A stretch of 60,114 bases of DNA, filler included, from Bonamia ostreae (Eukaryota), in NCBI GenBank assembly GCA_040357525.1. It is 10 parts of 10 records of this genome, joined end to end, with 100 filler letters (N's around TTAATTAATTAA, not from the genome) between each part and the next. Parts side by side here need not be neighbours in the genome. Positions count along the whole stretch, not along the records: positions 36,259 to 42,175 come from JBDODL010000157.1; positions 42,276 to 48,173 come from JBDODL010000158.1; positions 48,274 to 54,164 come from JBDODL010000159.1; 7 more parts are not named here. One strand, written 5' to 3'. The notes under the pieces are model-generated. The model saw nothing but the letters and a program-made list of their open reading frames with translations, made no database searches and was not told the DNA's origin. The stretch's first letter is position 1. Each line of letters starts with the position of its first letter. This document shows, piece after piece, positions 38,408-51,087 of the stretch. A program made the position numbers and the translations under genes.

Positions 38408-38738
38408 ATGTCGTCAGTTGCAAACACAATCAACGCTGAGCATATTAAGATTATGTCGTCAGTTGCAAACACAATCAACGCTGCGCATATTTCGATTGGT
38501 TCGATCTCCGTTTTGGTCAACGTCGTTACTTACGTTCTGTTAGTTGTCTTCTTAGCAAAATATTGTTTTTCATAAATTTGATTTTTTTTGTTATTTATCT
38601 TTTGCTTTGACAGATTGCTCAAAAGACTGTTTGAAGAAATCGAACAAGAAACCGAATCAAGAAAATCGCTTAAGCGTCACCGACCAAGAAGGTGCTTATC
38701 AAATGGTCGAATTTGAAGATGATCCTGCTCACCATTAA
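38408..38738 (+). CDS. Small single-pass membrane protein, two exons, absent from the ORF track
   Basis: Duplicated N-terminus, TM ISVLVNVVTYVLLVVFLA, GT-AG intron, then a basic and an acidic tail containing YQMV. Confidence 0.55.
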
Positions 38739-38897
38739 AATCGAGATAAATATCTTTGTATTTTATTGTAACAATAACTTTCATATTTTAAGAACTTTAA
38801 TGGTTCAAAGAAACGTAATATCAAATTTTTAAGAAATCTGCAACTTTAACAAGAGCAATATTTAATATTTTGAAATTCTTGAATTTTTAAAATTTGA

Positions 38898-39583
38898 TCA
38901 GAAAATTGGATTTAATGGCGGTACATATTTTGCTGACGGAATATGCGCTCTGTGATGTTTTGATGTTTTCGCTGGATTCCAAACATCTTCTAAACCACAA
39001 AAAACGAGGACTTGTTTGTACTGTCCAAAATTTTTTTCGCGAAGATGTCGCATTAGTTTTTGCCGGCGGCCGTGATGCCGAATGACATTATATTTTGCTT
39101 TTGAATCTTTTTTGTTTGTCGCGATGTGCTTTCTGAGCTGGTTTATTTTGTGTGTCAGAATTATAACTTTTTTGTTTTACAAAGTTGCGAAAATTGTTTT
39201 TTACAAAAATAAGATTTGATTTTTAAAAATCTAAAACTTTGCACATTGAGACTGGCAAAATCGTCTTTGTTTTTCCCGAACTTCTCCGCGATTTTTGAAT
39301 AGTACCAACTATTCAATTCTTTCTGAGAAGCATTGTCAAAAGATAAAGATTTTTCCAAAAACTTCAAATATTCTTTTTCGCCCGAAAAAACTTTTTGGAG
39401 ATATTTTGAGGAAATGTTCAATCTGTTCGAATCGGGCAAAATTCCGTAATATCGTCTTTTCTCTAATGGCAATTTGCCAAATAAAAGTTGCGAAGAAATT
39501 TGCGAATTTTTGGCGGTGCAAAAATCCGTTTTTATGTTTGTTCGAAAATAGTTTTTTCGGACTTTAGGAATTTTATTGAACAT
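38898..39583 (-). CDS. MRPS15: Mitochondrial ribosomal protein uS15m
   Basis: Spliced DFASLNVQ|IIILTHKINQLRKHIATNKKDSKAK..GRRQKLMRHLREKNFGQYKQVL matches the uS15 pattern; basic presequence. Confidence 0.8.
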
Positions 39584-39694
39584 GTTGCAATACTTATTTT
39601 TTGTTTTAGGTTGTTATTATAAAATTTGCACTAATTTTTTGCAATGACTAATTTTTAGCACTTAATAATTTTCAGTTTTTTCATTTGAAATAAT

Positions 39695-41005
39695 TTATAA
39701 TTTTTGTGAATTCCAATGAAGTTTGTCTCTCAGCGACTGGTACCAAGTACTCTCTTCTTTTTCTTTCCGCACAATCGGAAATCTGGTTTCAGAGGCTTTA
39801 ATGATTATCTCATCGTCGTCCTTCAACTTTTCTCTGATTTGCCCGTCGAACGTCAAATACGCACTTGCGTCGTCACTTTGCGAACAGACGAATTTCGGCA
39901 CTCTTATTTTTATCTCTGTCTCCAATGGCACGATCAACGGTCTGAAAGACAACGTGTGCGGACAGATCGGCGTAATGAGTATCGCGGAGACCATCGGGGA
40001 CACCAACGAACCGCCTGCGCTCATGCTATAAGCCGTGCTCCCTTACAATTTGGCAACGCGAACCTGTCGGGGTGGACACTATTATCCCGTCTGCTTTTGT
40101 TTTGGTCAATATTTTTCCATTTACGAAGATTTCGATGGGAATGGGGAGCAGCCATTCCCCCCTTTCAATAGTTATTTCGTTCAGAACACGATATGATTTT
40201 TCTAATTTGCCGTGGCGCTTTTTGGTGCAAACTAGAGTGAAAAGGGGAGAAATTGAAAAGTTTGAGGGTTTGATTAAATAGTGTTCGACGATTTTTTCAA
40301 GATCGCTTTAATATAACAGATAATTTAAATTTGCGGTTGCTGCAAAACATTCGATTGCAAAGAGCAAAAGTTACATTTTTTGCAAAACGGATTAAATTTG
40401 CGGTTGCTGCAAAACATTCGATTGCAAAGAGCAAAAGTTACATTTTNNNNNNNNNNNNNNNNNNNNNNNNNNNNNNNNNNNNNNNNNNNNNNNNNNNNNN
40501 NNNNNNNNNNNNNNNNNNNNNNNNNNNNNNNNNNNNNNNNNNNNNNTGCAAAACGGATTAAATTTGCGGTTGCTGCAAAAAATTCGATTACAAAGAGCAA
40601 AAGTTACATTTTTTGCAAAACGGATTAAAATAAACAAAAATAATGAACTTTTGATGAAAATTAATAAGAAATCCCAAATGCCCCGTCGAAAAAGCTAAAA
40701 CTGGAGGAACTGAAATTTTCTGGAAAAGAGAGTTTAGATGAAGAATGGTTCCGTCGCCTCCAATGGAAATGCACAAATCGATCTTGTCTGCGATTTTCTC
40801 ATTGAAGCACTAACACAATTTTTGTACAAACATTAAATTGTTTGAGAGGATTTCTTTTATAGAAAGAAGGTTCAACGTAAATGCGCACTGAATGTTTTGT
40901 AGAAATGTTTTCAGCCATTTTTTTGATTCGGTCAACGTTAAATTTGTCATTAAATTTCTTTATTATCAACAGATATTTAGTTTTTTTAAGACCATTTGCT
41001 ATCAT
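39695..41005 (-). CDS. NAD+ kinase
   Basis: GGDGTIL, GHLGFL, LNE, ADGIIVSTPT|GSTAYSMSAGG and TPICPHTLSFRP. Confidence 0.94.
40325..40628. repeat. ~67-nt tandem repeat in an NAD kinase intron, spanning an N gap
   Basis: Unit aaatttgcggttgctgcaaaacattcgattgcaaagagcaaaagttacattttttgcaaaacggatt on both sides of the gap. Confidence 0.88.
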
Positions 41006-41315
41006 TTGACTAATTTTTTTTAAAGGTCAAATCATAAAAATTTTAAACCAGAATTTTCTCTTTGTTTTCGTATTTTTATCAAAAATTTTAATTTTGTTAA
41101 AACAGATTTATTCAAGAAAATAACCTTTTTTTGTAAATTTAATCTTTTTTAGCAAAATTTAAAATTGCAAATTTAAAAATTGTTTTTTTCGTAAATTTTT
41201 GGCTAAATTTAAAAATTGTCTATTTTAAACAAAATTGACTACTTTTTAAACAAAATTGACTACTTTTTATTCAACTAAAAAATTGCTAATTAGATTCGAA
41301 TTAGCAATCTACAAA

Positions 41316-42175
41316 ATGCGCTTTCTTTACGCCATCGGAAGTTTCGCTTTATCTTTGGGATTTCCGTTGGGAATATTTTTAAGTTTCGCGACGAAACCTC
41401 AATACGCCATTATTGCTTTCACCGCGTTTTGTCCATTTTTAAATCTTGAACAGATCGTTTTTCTGGTTAGCGACTTATTCGATCAATGTCATTTTGTTTT
41501 CGTTCACTGACTTTTTCTTGACGCTTCCTCTTTTCTATTTCTTCTCCACCGCTTCGATGGAAATCGTCCGATATTTTTACTTTCTCTTAAGCAAGTTTTC
41601 ACATTAAATTTTTGCGACATTTTTGCAAATTTGATGCTATTTCTTAAAAACAAAATTTTGGAAGATCCCATTTTTCAAAAATGTAAAATTATTAAACAGA
41701 AAAGGGATAAGAACATTTCTTTCAATCTCGACAAACACGGTCATTTTCCCGATCAACAATGTCACTTTCGCTGTCAGTTTTTACAATATCTTTAACTTTT
41801 ACAATTTTGTCAAATTTTTGAAATGGTCAATTTTGTAAATTTTGATTTCCGGCGAAAATTTTTAAAGTGTCAGGGGTTGGTTGGGCTATAACATCGTCGA
41901 TGGTTCTTTACGGTCGCTACGTGGTTCTAAGTTTTGACGAAGCGACTTATTTTGGGAATTGCAAAACAATTTCTTCCGTTCTTTTTTATTGTTTTTTAAC
42001 TACAAAAGCAATTTTATAAATTCGAAAAATGGCAATTAAATAAATTCAAAATTAGCATTAGTGTCGTTTCTGCAAGGATTCAATCATATCTCATCGATGG
42101 TCTTCTGTTATCTCGTTTTTCGGATGGCGGATGATCGTTTGAAAAGATTTTGGCTAATTATTTACTTTGTCGTCA
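41316..42175 (+). CDS. APH1: Gamma-secretase subunit APH-1-like, truncated by contig end
   Basis: IIAFTA|SFFWL, MEIVRYFYF, VSGVGWAI and a conserved-position His (GFNHI) within a multi-TM pattern. Confidence 0.75.
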
Positions 42176-42495
42176 NNNNNNNNNNNNNNNNNNNNNNNNN
42201 NNNNNNNNNNNNNNNNNNNTTAATTAATTAANNNNNNNNNNNNNNNNNNNNNNNNNNNNNNNNNNNNNNNNNNNNAGACGACATAACCGTCGACATGTCT
42301 TCCAAAACGAAGCGTCGACATAACCGTAAATCTTCACGGAAGAGAGATTTGTAAATCTTTATTGACTAAAATTTAAAAATGGCTGCTTAAAAGCTAAATT
42401 TTTTACATCTCTTTTTCACTTCCCCCTTTCACAAGCGAGTAGATTCAGTTGTAAGACCAAAAAATGATATTAGCCGCATTTATTCTAAAAGCGGA

Positions 42496-45400
42496 TGATT
42501 GCCCAAATCGTCAAATATTTAGCATTTTTGACCACTGTTCTTATATGTAATAATATATAAGACTGCAAAATTATTATCGGTCCAAATGTTAAAATTATTT
42601 CATCCATTAATTATAATAAAATGTTCAACTTTTTCAGAGCAGATATTTACAGAAGAAAAGATTCCTTTAAGTCAAATAATCGATCAATTTAACAGTTTTA
42701 GATCAAATTTTAGAAACGGCAAAAAATTGTTTTATCTTTGAGCCGGATGATCCTATTGCTTTCGACGAAAAAATCAAACAAAAAATTTCCTCTGCGAGGA
42801 AACAAGATGTGCAAAATTTATTCGATGACTGCGCAGTGCAAATATTCGCAAAATGTATCGAAAGCGAATACGAATTTTTTAATTACCCTTTTGCTTGTTT
42901 TTACAAAAAATTTCAGTTGTCAATGTGTTTTATCCCGCTTCCTTAAAAGCGGATGAATTAACATGGAGTTTCGGTTTATCCAAAAAAGAACGATTTTTAC
43001 CGAGCGCTTATCAAATCTTTAACGTTATTGTCAGCGAAGAACATAACAAAAAGTTTTCGCGGCAATTATTAGTTTAAACGGTAAAACATCTGTGTGTTCA
43101 AAGCGATCTGAAATACTTCATTTATTCGAAAAAATCGAAAAATCAATAGTTGAGAGCATTGAAAACGGAATGACAACTATAAAATCCAAAATGGAGAAAA
43201 AGGAAAGCGGTTTCGGAAAATTCTTCGGATTCAAAATCGGGCAATCCCCAAAATACAAAAACTCGGACTCGCATCTCTTGTTTTCTAGCTCTAACACAAC
43301 AGTTTCCATCGCGATTCCGAAGAGATTTCATCTCGTTTATTGGGCGATTTCAACTTTTTACTGGGAAACTACAAAGCCGCGATAAAACATTTCCAAAACT
43401 TTATAGACTTGTTGCTGCAGAAGAAAGACGCTCGCAGTTCTCGCTATCTTGGGCATTGCTATGAAATAATGAGTCTGGTCTATTATCTAAACGACGGCGC
43501 TTGCAGTAAGTTCTTCAACTTTCTAAACGCGGCCAAGTCGAACTACTATAAAAACAGTTTTGAATTCTAAATCTAGAAAACGTTCTCGGAAACTTGAGAT
43601 TGTGCGGATGGCTAGTTGGAGTTATCGAGAAAAATCCTTTGCAGATTCTCACTTTGGGCAAAACAATAAACCACGAATTAGAAGTTTTGTAAAACCAAAT
43701 CAAGTACTTTTCGCTTTTCTCCGCGATTTTCACATTCAAAAAAGCGCAACTTTTTGAGAAGACACAATATTTCGGGCAAAGAATGCAAAGGAAATTTGGA
43801 CTTTGTTTGGTATTGTCTGCGTTCATTTTTAGCAAATTGGGCTTTTCGTTTCTTGCGTCAGACTTATTTTGCGAAGCTTCGGAACTTTACAAACCTGAAA
43901 GAGGATGGTTCAATATCGACTATTTTTTCTGTGTAAAACATTCCCAATCTTCGAACACAACAAAATCGTCGTCTTTGAGCAAAATAATAAGCGTTCTTGG
44001 GCAAACCGACTTAAATGTGTCAAAATCAACAAAATTGATAAATAAACTTAAAAACGGTTATGAAAAAACCACATTTGGCGTGTCCGAATTGAAGTTTATT
44101 AGAATAGACGAAAGATCTATTCAGTTTTCAGCAAAAAGGAAAATGGAATTTACAAAATCTTTCTCCAAAGATCTGTGGGATCTTTGTTTTATAATTAAAT
44201 TTTAGATTGTCGATGCGAGAACTTTGCATTCGAACCAGCTATGAGCGAACTGATTTTACGAAACGAAAATAAGCCCGTGGAAATCTTTTCGGAGACCTGT
44301 TTTGAATTTAATAACAAAGTAAAATTTTCGATCAAAATGCGAAATCTATTAAACGAAAGATTACAATTTAGAAACGTGAAGTTATTTGTCGTTGATTTGG
44401 CGATGAAAATTCATATTATTATAAAACAGGAAAATTTTGAGTTAAAACCAAAATCGGAAACCAAAATAAACTTTAACATAAAAAGAGAAAATTGCGTTAA
44501 CAAAGAAATTATGTTAGATAAAATAACTTTTGTCGTTTTGGACGTTGTAAGCAGTTTTTTTCGTTTACCGAAAATGGAAAATCTCAATAAGAAATTCAAA
44601 GCTTTGCCAATGTCAAAAGTTTTCGAAATAGATAAAAATGCTCTTAAATACAAAAACTTGATTTTAGAGCACAGAGAAACAGATTTGGAATTAAAATTTC
44701 CCGAAAGACCAATAATTATCTATCCTGGCGATGTCGTTCAAACAAAAATTAGAGCTATAAACAAGTCTGACAAAATAATTTTGATCGACGAAATAAAATT
44801 ATGCGAAACTGATTTTAACCTGAAACTATCGAAAAGAACTCCTATCACAATTCTTAAGGAAACCAAAATAAGCATTGCTCTGGAATTATTGAAAAGATTT
44901 GAATCGAAAACAACAAAGATCAATTTTCTTGTAAAGTATCAAAATAGTGAAGATTACAAAATAATCACAGTAAATTGTGAACTTCATATTAAAAATCCAT
45001 TTGAAATTGAACACAATAATGATTTTTCAGAGTATCAGAATTTACATTTTTTCAGAATAACGAAAAACAAGTTAGAAGATGGTGCAATAGCTATAAAGAA
45101 AATCTCGACGGACAGAAATATTAATTTGAATATAAAGTAATTTTTAGCGAAAATTAAATTTTTAAAGCGGATTAGAAAAACATTCGATTTCAAAAAGTTT
45201 GAGCTTTCTGGCTAGTCTCTACATTAAAAAAAACATTATAAGCGAACAACGATTTAGTAAAAACAACGTTGATGAAATATATAAACTAATAAAAATGAAA
45301 AATTTGCGTATTAAAAGTTTTTATTTAAAAAATAGTCGATTATAATTTGTTCACTGATTCCGAAAATAAAATGTTCGTACAAAATTTGATTTTAAATAAG

Positions 45401-45831
45401 AAAAATATTTTCGGAGAAGATAAAAATTTTAAAATACTTGTCGCAACAAAAAATTTTCAATTCTGGAATTTCGAAGAGAACCCGTTTATTCGTTTAAAAT
45501 AAAAAAGAATATTAACTCTAAACGTTTTTGTTTTAACACGAAGTGATGGAGATTTAAGAAAAGAGAGAATATTTAAAGTAAGCATTTATTAAATATAATA
45601 AAGAAGTTTGCAGACGGAGAGAGTATTTTTGTCAAATCCATGACAAAAATTGCCAATGATTTATATTTTGTGCAATTTGTAGTTTTATCGGCTGGAATTT
45701 ACGATATCGCTAACTTTTTAAAACCACGTGTTGCCAAATCGTTAAAAAAACACATATTTTTAGTAAACAACAAAAATTATCTTTTTTTTTCTAAAAGATT
45801 TTTATTTATTTACCGAACTAACCGTCCATAG
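42496..45831 (+). CDS. TRAPPC8: TRAPP III subunit TRAPPC8/Trs85-like; ends approximate
   Basis: SEEISSRLLGDFNFLLGNY, YLGHCYEI and RKFGLCLVLSA..GWFNI, followed by a beta-rich region. Confidence 0.7.
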
Positions 45832-46349
45832 TCTAAATTTATGGGCGATTCAATTCCAAAGTTTTTATGGGCGATTTCAGTCAAATTAGGTGAACGAGTG
45901 CATCGAGATTCGAACCCATACATGCACGAATGCGTACATTCGTCATGTCTGTTGCAGTTTCTGAACAATTTAAGTATTCATTGTCCAACACAAATCTAAT
46001 ATTGAAGTAATCGCAAAAAATTGAACTAAAGGAAATCTGCTGACATAAACTAAATTCGGAAGTAAATTAATGATGAAACTATTAACGGGCGCATTCTATA
46101 TAATCCTTTTAATAACGATTATCCAGAAACCAAAAAACAAGAATCAAAATTTAAAAATTAATGAAAAATTCGTAAGGATTTTTAAAAATCTACAACATTG
46201 AAAACAACATTGAACAATTTCTATTTTTGATATCCTGAGCTAAATGTCGTTGATTTTATGTTAAAGGTAAATCTCTTGTTACAATCTACAAGCATTAAAT
46301 ATCATGTATATGCACGTTATTTAAAAAGATAAGTCTGCATAGTTTACAA

Positions 46350-47978
46350 TCAAACTAACCAATAAGCATTCTTTTTTGACATTCCTCCTTTCGATTGAGG
46401 TAGGTGCATTTTTTCTTCGGTTATTTTTCGTTCAATCCACCACTTGGATCCTTTAGCCATACCTTTGGTTGAATTTTTAACATAATTTTCCGCCTCGTTG
46501 TAGGCTAGTTTGGCTTCTTCTAATGATTTATCCGCCTTAAGCGCAGCTTGACTTGCATCTCTGCTAGCAAGTTCTGACTCGTCGCGAGCTATTTTAGCAA
46601 TTTCTTTTGCATTTTGTGATTGTTCAAATATATTTTTAGCGTTCATTGCAGCTAATTGAGCTTCTTTGGATTCAGCTAACGATTTTTTGTACAATTCATT
46701 CATTGCATTTTTTTCTTTAATTGAATTCATAGATGCATCTTCAGATTCGTTTAACTTTTTCTTTGATATTTTTTCATCATTAATTGCCTTTTCTTTGTTC
46801 TGTTTAGCCTTTTCCTTAGCCGAATAAACACTTGCGAGTTTTTCTTGTTCTATTCGATGGGCACGTTGGGATTTTCTCATCGCAGCTTCTTGTTTTATTT
46901 TTGCTGTTCTCAGAGGAAGTGGATCTTCTTGTTTTGTTTGTGCTAGTTCATGTTTAGCAAGATTCCTTTGGACATTACTTCCTTTTTTGGTTTTCTCTAT
47001 AAGAATCTTTATTTTGTTTTCCTGAATCAACTCCTCGTGTTTTAGCTGATCTAAAGCCTTTTTGGACTGTATTTGAAGTTTTCGGACGTCTTCTTCTGCA
47101 ACTTGTGCATTTTTGACCGCTATTTCCATTTGGGCATCTGCAAGCTCTGCTTCTTTAGAACTTAGCATAGAAATATTGTGTGCCTCTTTTGATTGTTCTA
47201 GTGCAATTTTAGCCTGTTTTTCAGCTTCAATAGCCACGATTTTTGCCTTTTCGGCTTCTTCTGTAGCCTCATTTGCATTTTTTTCCTTTAGTAAAGCATC
47301 CGTTTTTGCATTTTCAGCCATTTCAGCCTTTTCTACAGATTTTTTATGCGCCTCTATTGAAATTCTGGATTTTTCTCTTTGCGTTTGTTCTGTTTTCTTA
47401 GCTTCGGAAAGTAATTGCTTACATTTTGATAGTTTCATTTGTGCATCATTTAGCAGATTTTTAGCTTTCAATATTTCATTTTCATCTCCTTGTAACTTTA
47501 GATTTTGTTAAAAGATTTAATAACTGTCTCTACATAATCTTTCCAATTCTGTTTGTTCTTGAAGTATTTAAAAATCAAGTATTCTGTCAAGGTCATGTTT
47601 TGTTTTCGATCCTATTATTGAATATAATATACTATTTCAAATTTATTCTTTGACGTTTGCCTTAATTCAATTATTGTTTTTGTTTCTTTTATTTGTTCTA
47701 AAAATCTGTGCGCGTCAAATTCTCCCAAAGAATTACCCTTATCCCCCTTGTCTTCATCAAGCTCGGCCATTTCTTAAATATTAAAAAGAACTTTGGCTAT
47801 ACAACCACACTTTTTCTGCTAATGAGTCAAACTCTTTCTCATCAACCTCAAACGAGTTCAAAAAAAAGCTTAATATAAAATCAAGTTACCAAGCTTGGTC
47901 GCTATAACATTTGCTATTCAAATCAGCCAACTTTTCTCTATGGGTAGTACCGACTAGATTTAGATTGTTATTTTCCAT
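46350..47978 (-). CDS. ABP34-like (calcium-regulated actin-bundling family) protein with long coiled coil
   Basis: QA.FFLNSF, LGEFDAHRFLE, ELAQTKQEDPLPLRTAKI and WWIERKITE..HLPQSKGG; four 5' introns of 21, 19, 21 and 29 nt. Confidence 0.7.
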
Positions 47979-48273
47979 TTCAAAAGTTTAGATTAAATTT
48001 GTTTTCTTGTGTTAATGAATTTAACAATTTATCTATAAACTAATTTATAGTAAAGAAAAAATCTTGAGTGGGCGTTGAGCGAGACTCTCCAAATGGTAAA
48101 CTCGCTAAAAGTGAGTCGAGTCGGGGAGGGGGAGTTCATGACTCTACTAGAGACTAATTCCATCGTATGTCAANNNNNNNNNNNNNNNNNNNNNNNNNNN
48201 NNNNNNNNNNNNNNNNNTTAATTAATTAANNNNNNNNNNNNNNNNNNNNNNNNNNNNNNNNNNNNNNNNNNNN

Positions 48274-50406
48274 AAACATTAAAAACCATATCAGCAGAAT
48301 CGTCATCGAAAACATAACCTAGAATTTTCGATTTACCGAAATCTCCATCGATGATGAAGTAAACCATCATCAGAAAAACCGGTTTCGGGCTTTTCTTTTT
48401 ATTTTTGTTCCGCGCATAATTATCAAAATGGTAAAATTTGACAAAATCGCCCAACATGAAACCAATTTCATGTCCGTATTCAAACAACAATTTTACGGAA
48501 TAGTATTTTTGCGACAACTGATGCTTTTTTAATATTGCTAAATTTGGATAAATTGTTTTTAGGATAAATTTTTGTAGAAAAATTTGCTCAAAAATTTGTG
48601 AAAATTCATTTTTGCTAATTTGTAAAATTTTCGAAGATTTGTCATTTTTTGAATTTTATCGGTTAAAAAATGAAAAATTTAGCTTTCATTTTTATCAAAA
48701 TTTAGTTTGTAAAATTTAGCTTTAAGTACATAAGAAATAGATTGCCCCGTATTCATAAAATGGCGTTCGGCTAATTTTGGAATAAAGTTAGTATTGGCTA
48801 AAGCTACTTCTATTTGGTCCATATTTATCGGATCGTCTAAAGCTTCAAAATCAGCGAAACTGTTAAAAACAGTGCGACTAAATATGAACAATCCGTTTTT
48901 CGCTAAAATTTTTCTGGTTTCGAACAGATTGTGCCACCAGCGCTTTGAAAAATCTTTTTCAGATTCGAAAACGCGCGATTTCCCGATTTTTGACGATTTG
49001 CACCGATAACCATTTTTTTCTAATTCTAAAATTTAACAAAAATAAAATTGGTATAAAAATTTCAGAAAAAAAATTTCCCCGTTTTTAAAATTTAGCCAAN
49101 NNNNNNNNNNNNNNNNNNNNNNNNNNNNNNNNNNNNNNNNNNNNNNNNNNNNNNNNNNNNNNNNNNNNNNNNNNNNNNNNNNNNNNNNNNNNNNNNNNNA
49201 ATAAAATTGGTATAAAAATTTCAGAAAAAAATTTTCCCCATTTTTAAAATTTAGCAAAAATAAAATTGGTATAAAAATTTCAGAAAAAAATTTTCCCCAT
49301 TTTTAAAATTTAGTCAAAAATAAAATTAAACCATTGCAAAGTCTATCAAAAGTTTTGATTGCAGCAAACTCATTCAATTCCTTTAAAAATAAAAATCCAA
49401 ATTTACAGTAAAAAAATTCGTATTTTCGGAACTGGCGGCGATATCTCTAATAATAACAGTTCCGATTTTAAAAATGATCGTTTTGTGATTTCTGGAATTT
49501 TCAAATTCCTTTTTCAAATATTTTGAACCGTTTTTTTGTTTTTCGTTCGTTTTGGCCAATTTTCTAAACATTAATTTAAAACTCGATTTGGAACAAAGGC
49601 GAATAAAAATCAATTTTTCGTTTGCTGTTTACGGCAATTTCACTTTTGAACTCACTTTGTCGCATAAATTCGTATTGCTAAATTTTGCAATTTAAACTTT
49701 TGGCGATTTTTTGTAGTTTTTAAAAAAGAATTTTGGAACAGATTCGGATTTTTGAGTTGAAGTTTTTCGGTCAAATTTAAAATCGACCGATTTGGATTTT
49801 TCGAAGATTTTCTTTTTGGGTTTAAATGTACAAAAATTGTTTTTGGCGCATTCGAGAATATTTTTGAATAAAGATTTTTCAGCCAAATTTTCATTTGGAA
49901 ACTAAAATTTAGAAAAAATTTTTAGACAACAAACTTTGAGTTTCTTTCTGATTATCTTTTTCTTTATTTTGTTTTGAATTGTTAGTTCGTTTTTGTTCAA
50001 TTTTAAGAAACAACTTTCAGCGCCGTTGTATAATCTAATTACATTGTTGTTCTTTTAGAATTTTTAAGAAAATTTAAACATCTTTTTCCCAAAAATTGTC
50101 ATTTTGTTTTTGCTTCATCAAATTATTCATAAAAAGAGCTTCGACTGGAATGCATTTTATTTTCAATTTTGAAGCTTTTTGGACATTCCTTTTATCTAAA
50201 ATGTGTAAATTTGGGAAAATTTTGATTTTAGAAAAACTTTTTTTGATTTGATTTTTGGTTGTAATTAAAAAATTGGTTGTTTTTGACAAGCGAGGAGATA
50301 TTTTCCCGTTAAATTTGGTTACGATCGCTGAAATTGCCTTTTTGGACAGCGAATCGTCGTCATCTATCGTAAAAGTCAATTTAGATAGCTTAATTTTCTT
50401 CGGCAT
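48274..50406 (-). CDS. BRCT-domain protein; remainder unrecognised, truncated by contig end
   Basis: IVTKFNGKISPRLSKTTNFLIT..VQKASKLKIKCI fits a BRCT repeat; downstream exons on the same strand. Confidence 0.55.
49030..49330. repeat. ~59-nt tandem repeat, probably intronic, spanning an N gap
   Basis: Unit aaaaataaaattggtataaaaatttcagaaaaaaattttccccatttttaaaatttagc. Confidence 0.85.
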
Positions 50407-50603
50407 TTTTCTTAAGCTTTATATTTTTACGTTTTTGAATATAATAAAAATCTTTTTGTTAAATGTTTATTTACTTCGAATAGCAATTGAATTCTCAGAA
50501 TAAATTCAAAGATATGGTTTGTTCTAATAAAATTATTGTAATAAAATATGCTCTATGAACGTCAAATTTCTATTAATTTGTGCTCAATGTTATTCGTTAT
50601 CTA

Positions 50604-50946
50604 ATTTTTTAATAACGTTTTCATTGCCAAAATTGCAATAATTGAAATAATTGCAATAATTGATTCTACAAATGTCTTTTTTAATAACGTTTTCATTGCC
50701 AAAAATGCAATAATTGTAATAATTGATTCTACAAATGTCTTTTTTTAATAACGTTTTCATTGCCAAAATTGTAATAATTGATTCTACAAATGTCTTTTTT
50801 AATAACGTTTTCATTGCCAAAATTGTAAAAATTGTAATAATTGATTCGACAAATGTTTTTTTAATAACGTTTTCATTGCCAAAATTGTAAAAATTGTAAT
50901 AATTGATTCTACAAATGTCTTTTTAATAACGTTTTCATTGCCAAAA
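50604..50946. repeat. Intergenic minisatellite, about 6 cores with variable numbers of 9-nt subrepeats
   Basis: Core tttaataacgttttcattgccaaaa, then (aattgtaat)n, then tgattctacaaatgtc. Confidence 0.9.
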
Positions 50947-51087
50947 GTCAAAAAGTTGCAGGTATTCTTTACTTCAAAGGCGCAACTATTAAATTAAGCC
51001 CGAATTTTATAGTAGAAAAATTAAATGTGTACAAGCCCAAAATTTATTAGTTGTTCTTAATTTGGACATAACAAATACCTTTTCGAT

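Noticed and set aside
46350-47511. Long antisense ORFs (e.g. 47113..47511, 22867..23307, 55555..56088, 36341..36838)
   Set aside because: Shadows of K/E/A-rich or repetitive coding sequence on the opposite strand.
50604-50946. CRISPR-like array (25-nt core with variable gaps)
   Set aside because: The gaps are homologous and differ only in 9-nt subrepeat number; eukaryotic context with no cas genes.
50990-51015. Minus-strand ...ttcgggcttaa resembling the RNase P/MRP 3' conserved region
   Set aside because: No matching 5' P4 motif or closing stem found nearby.
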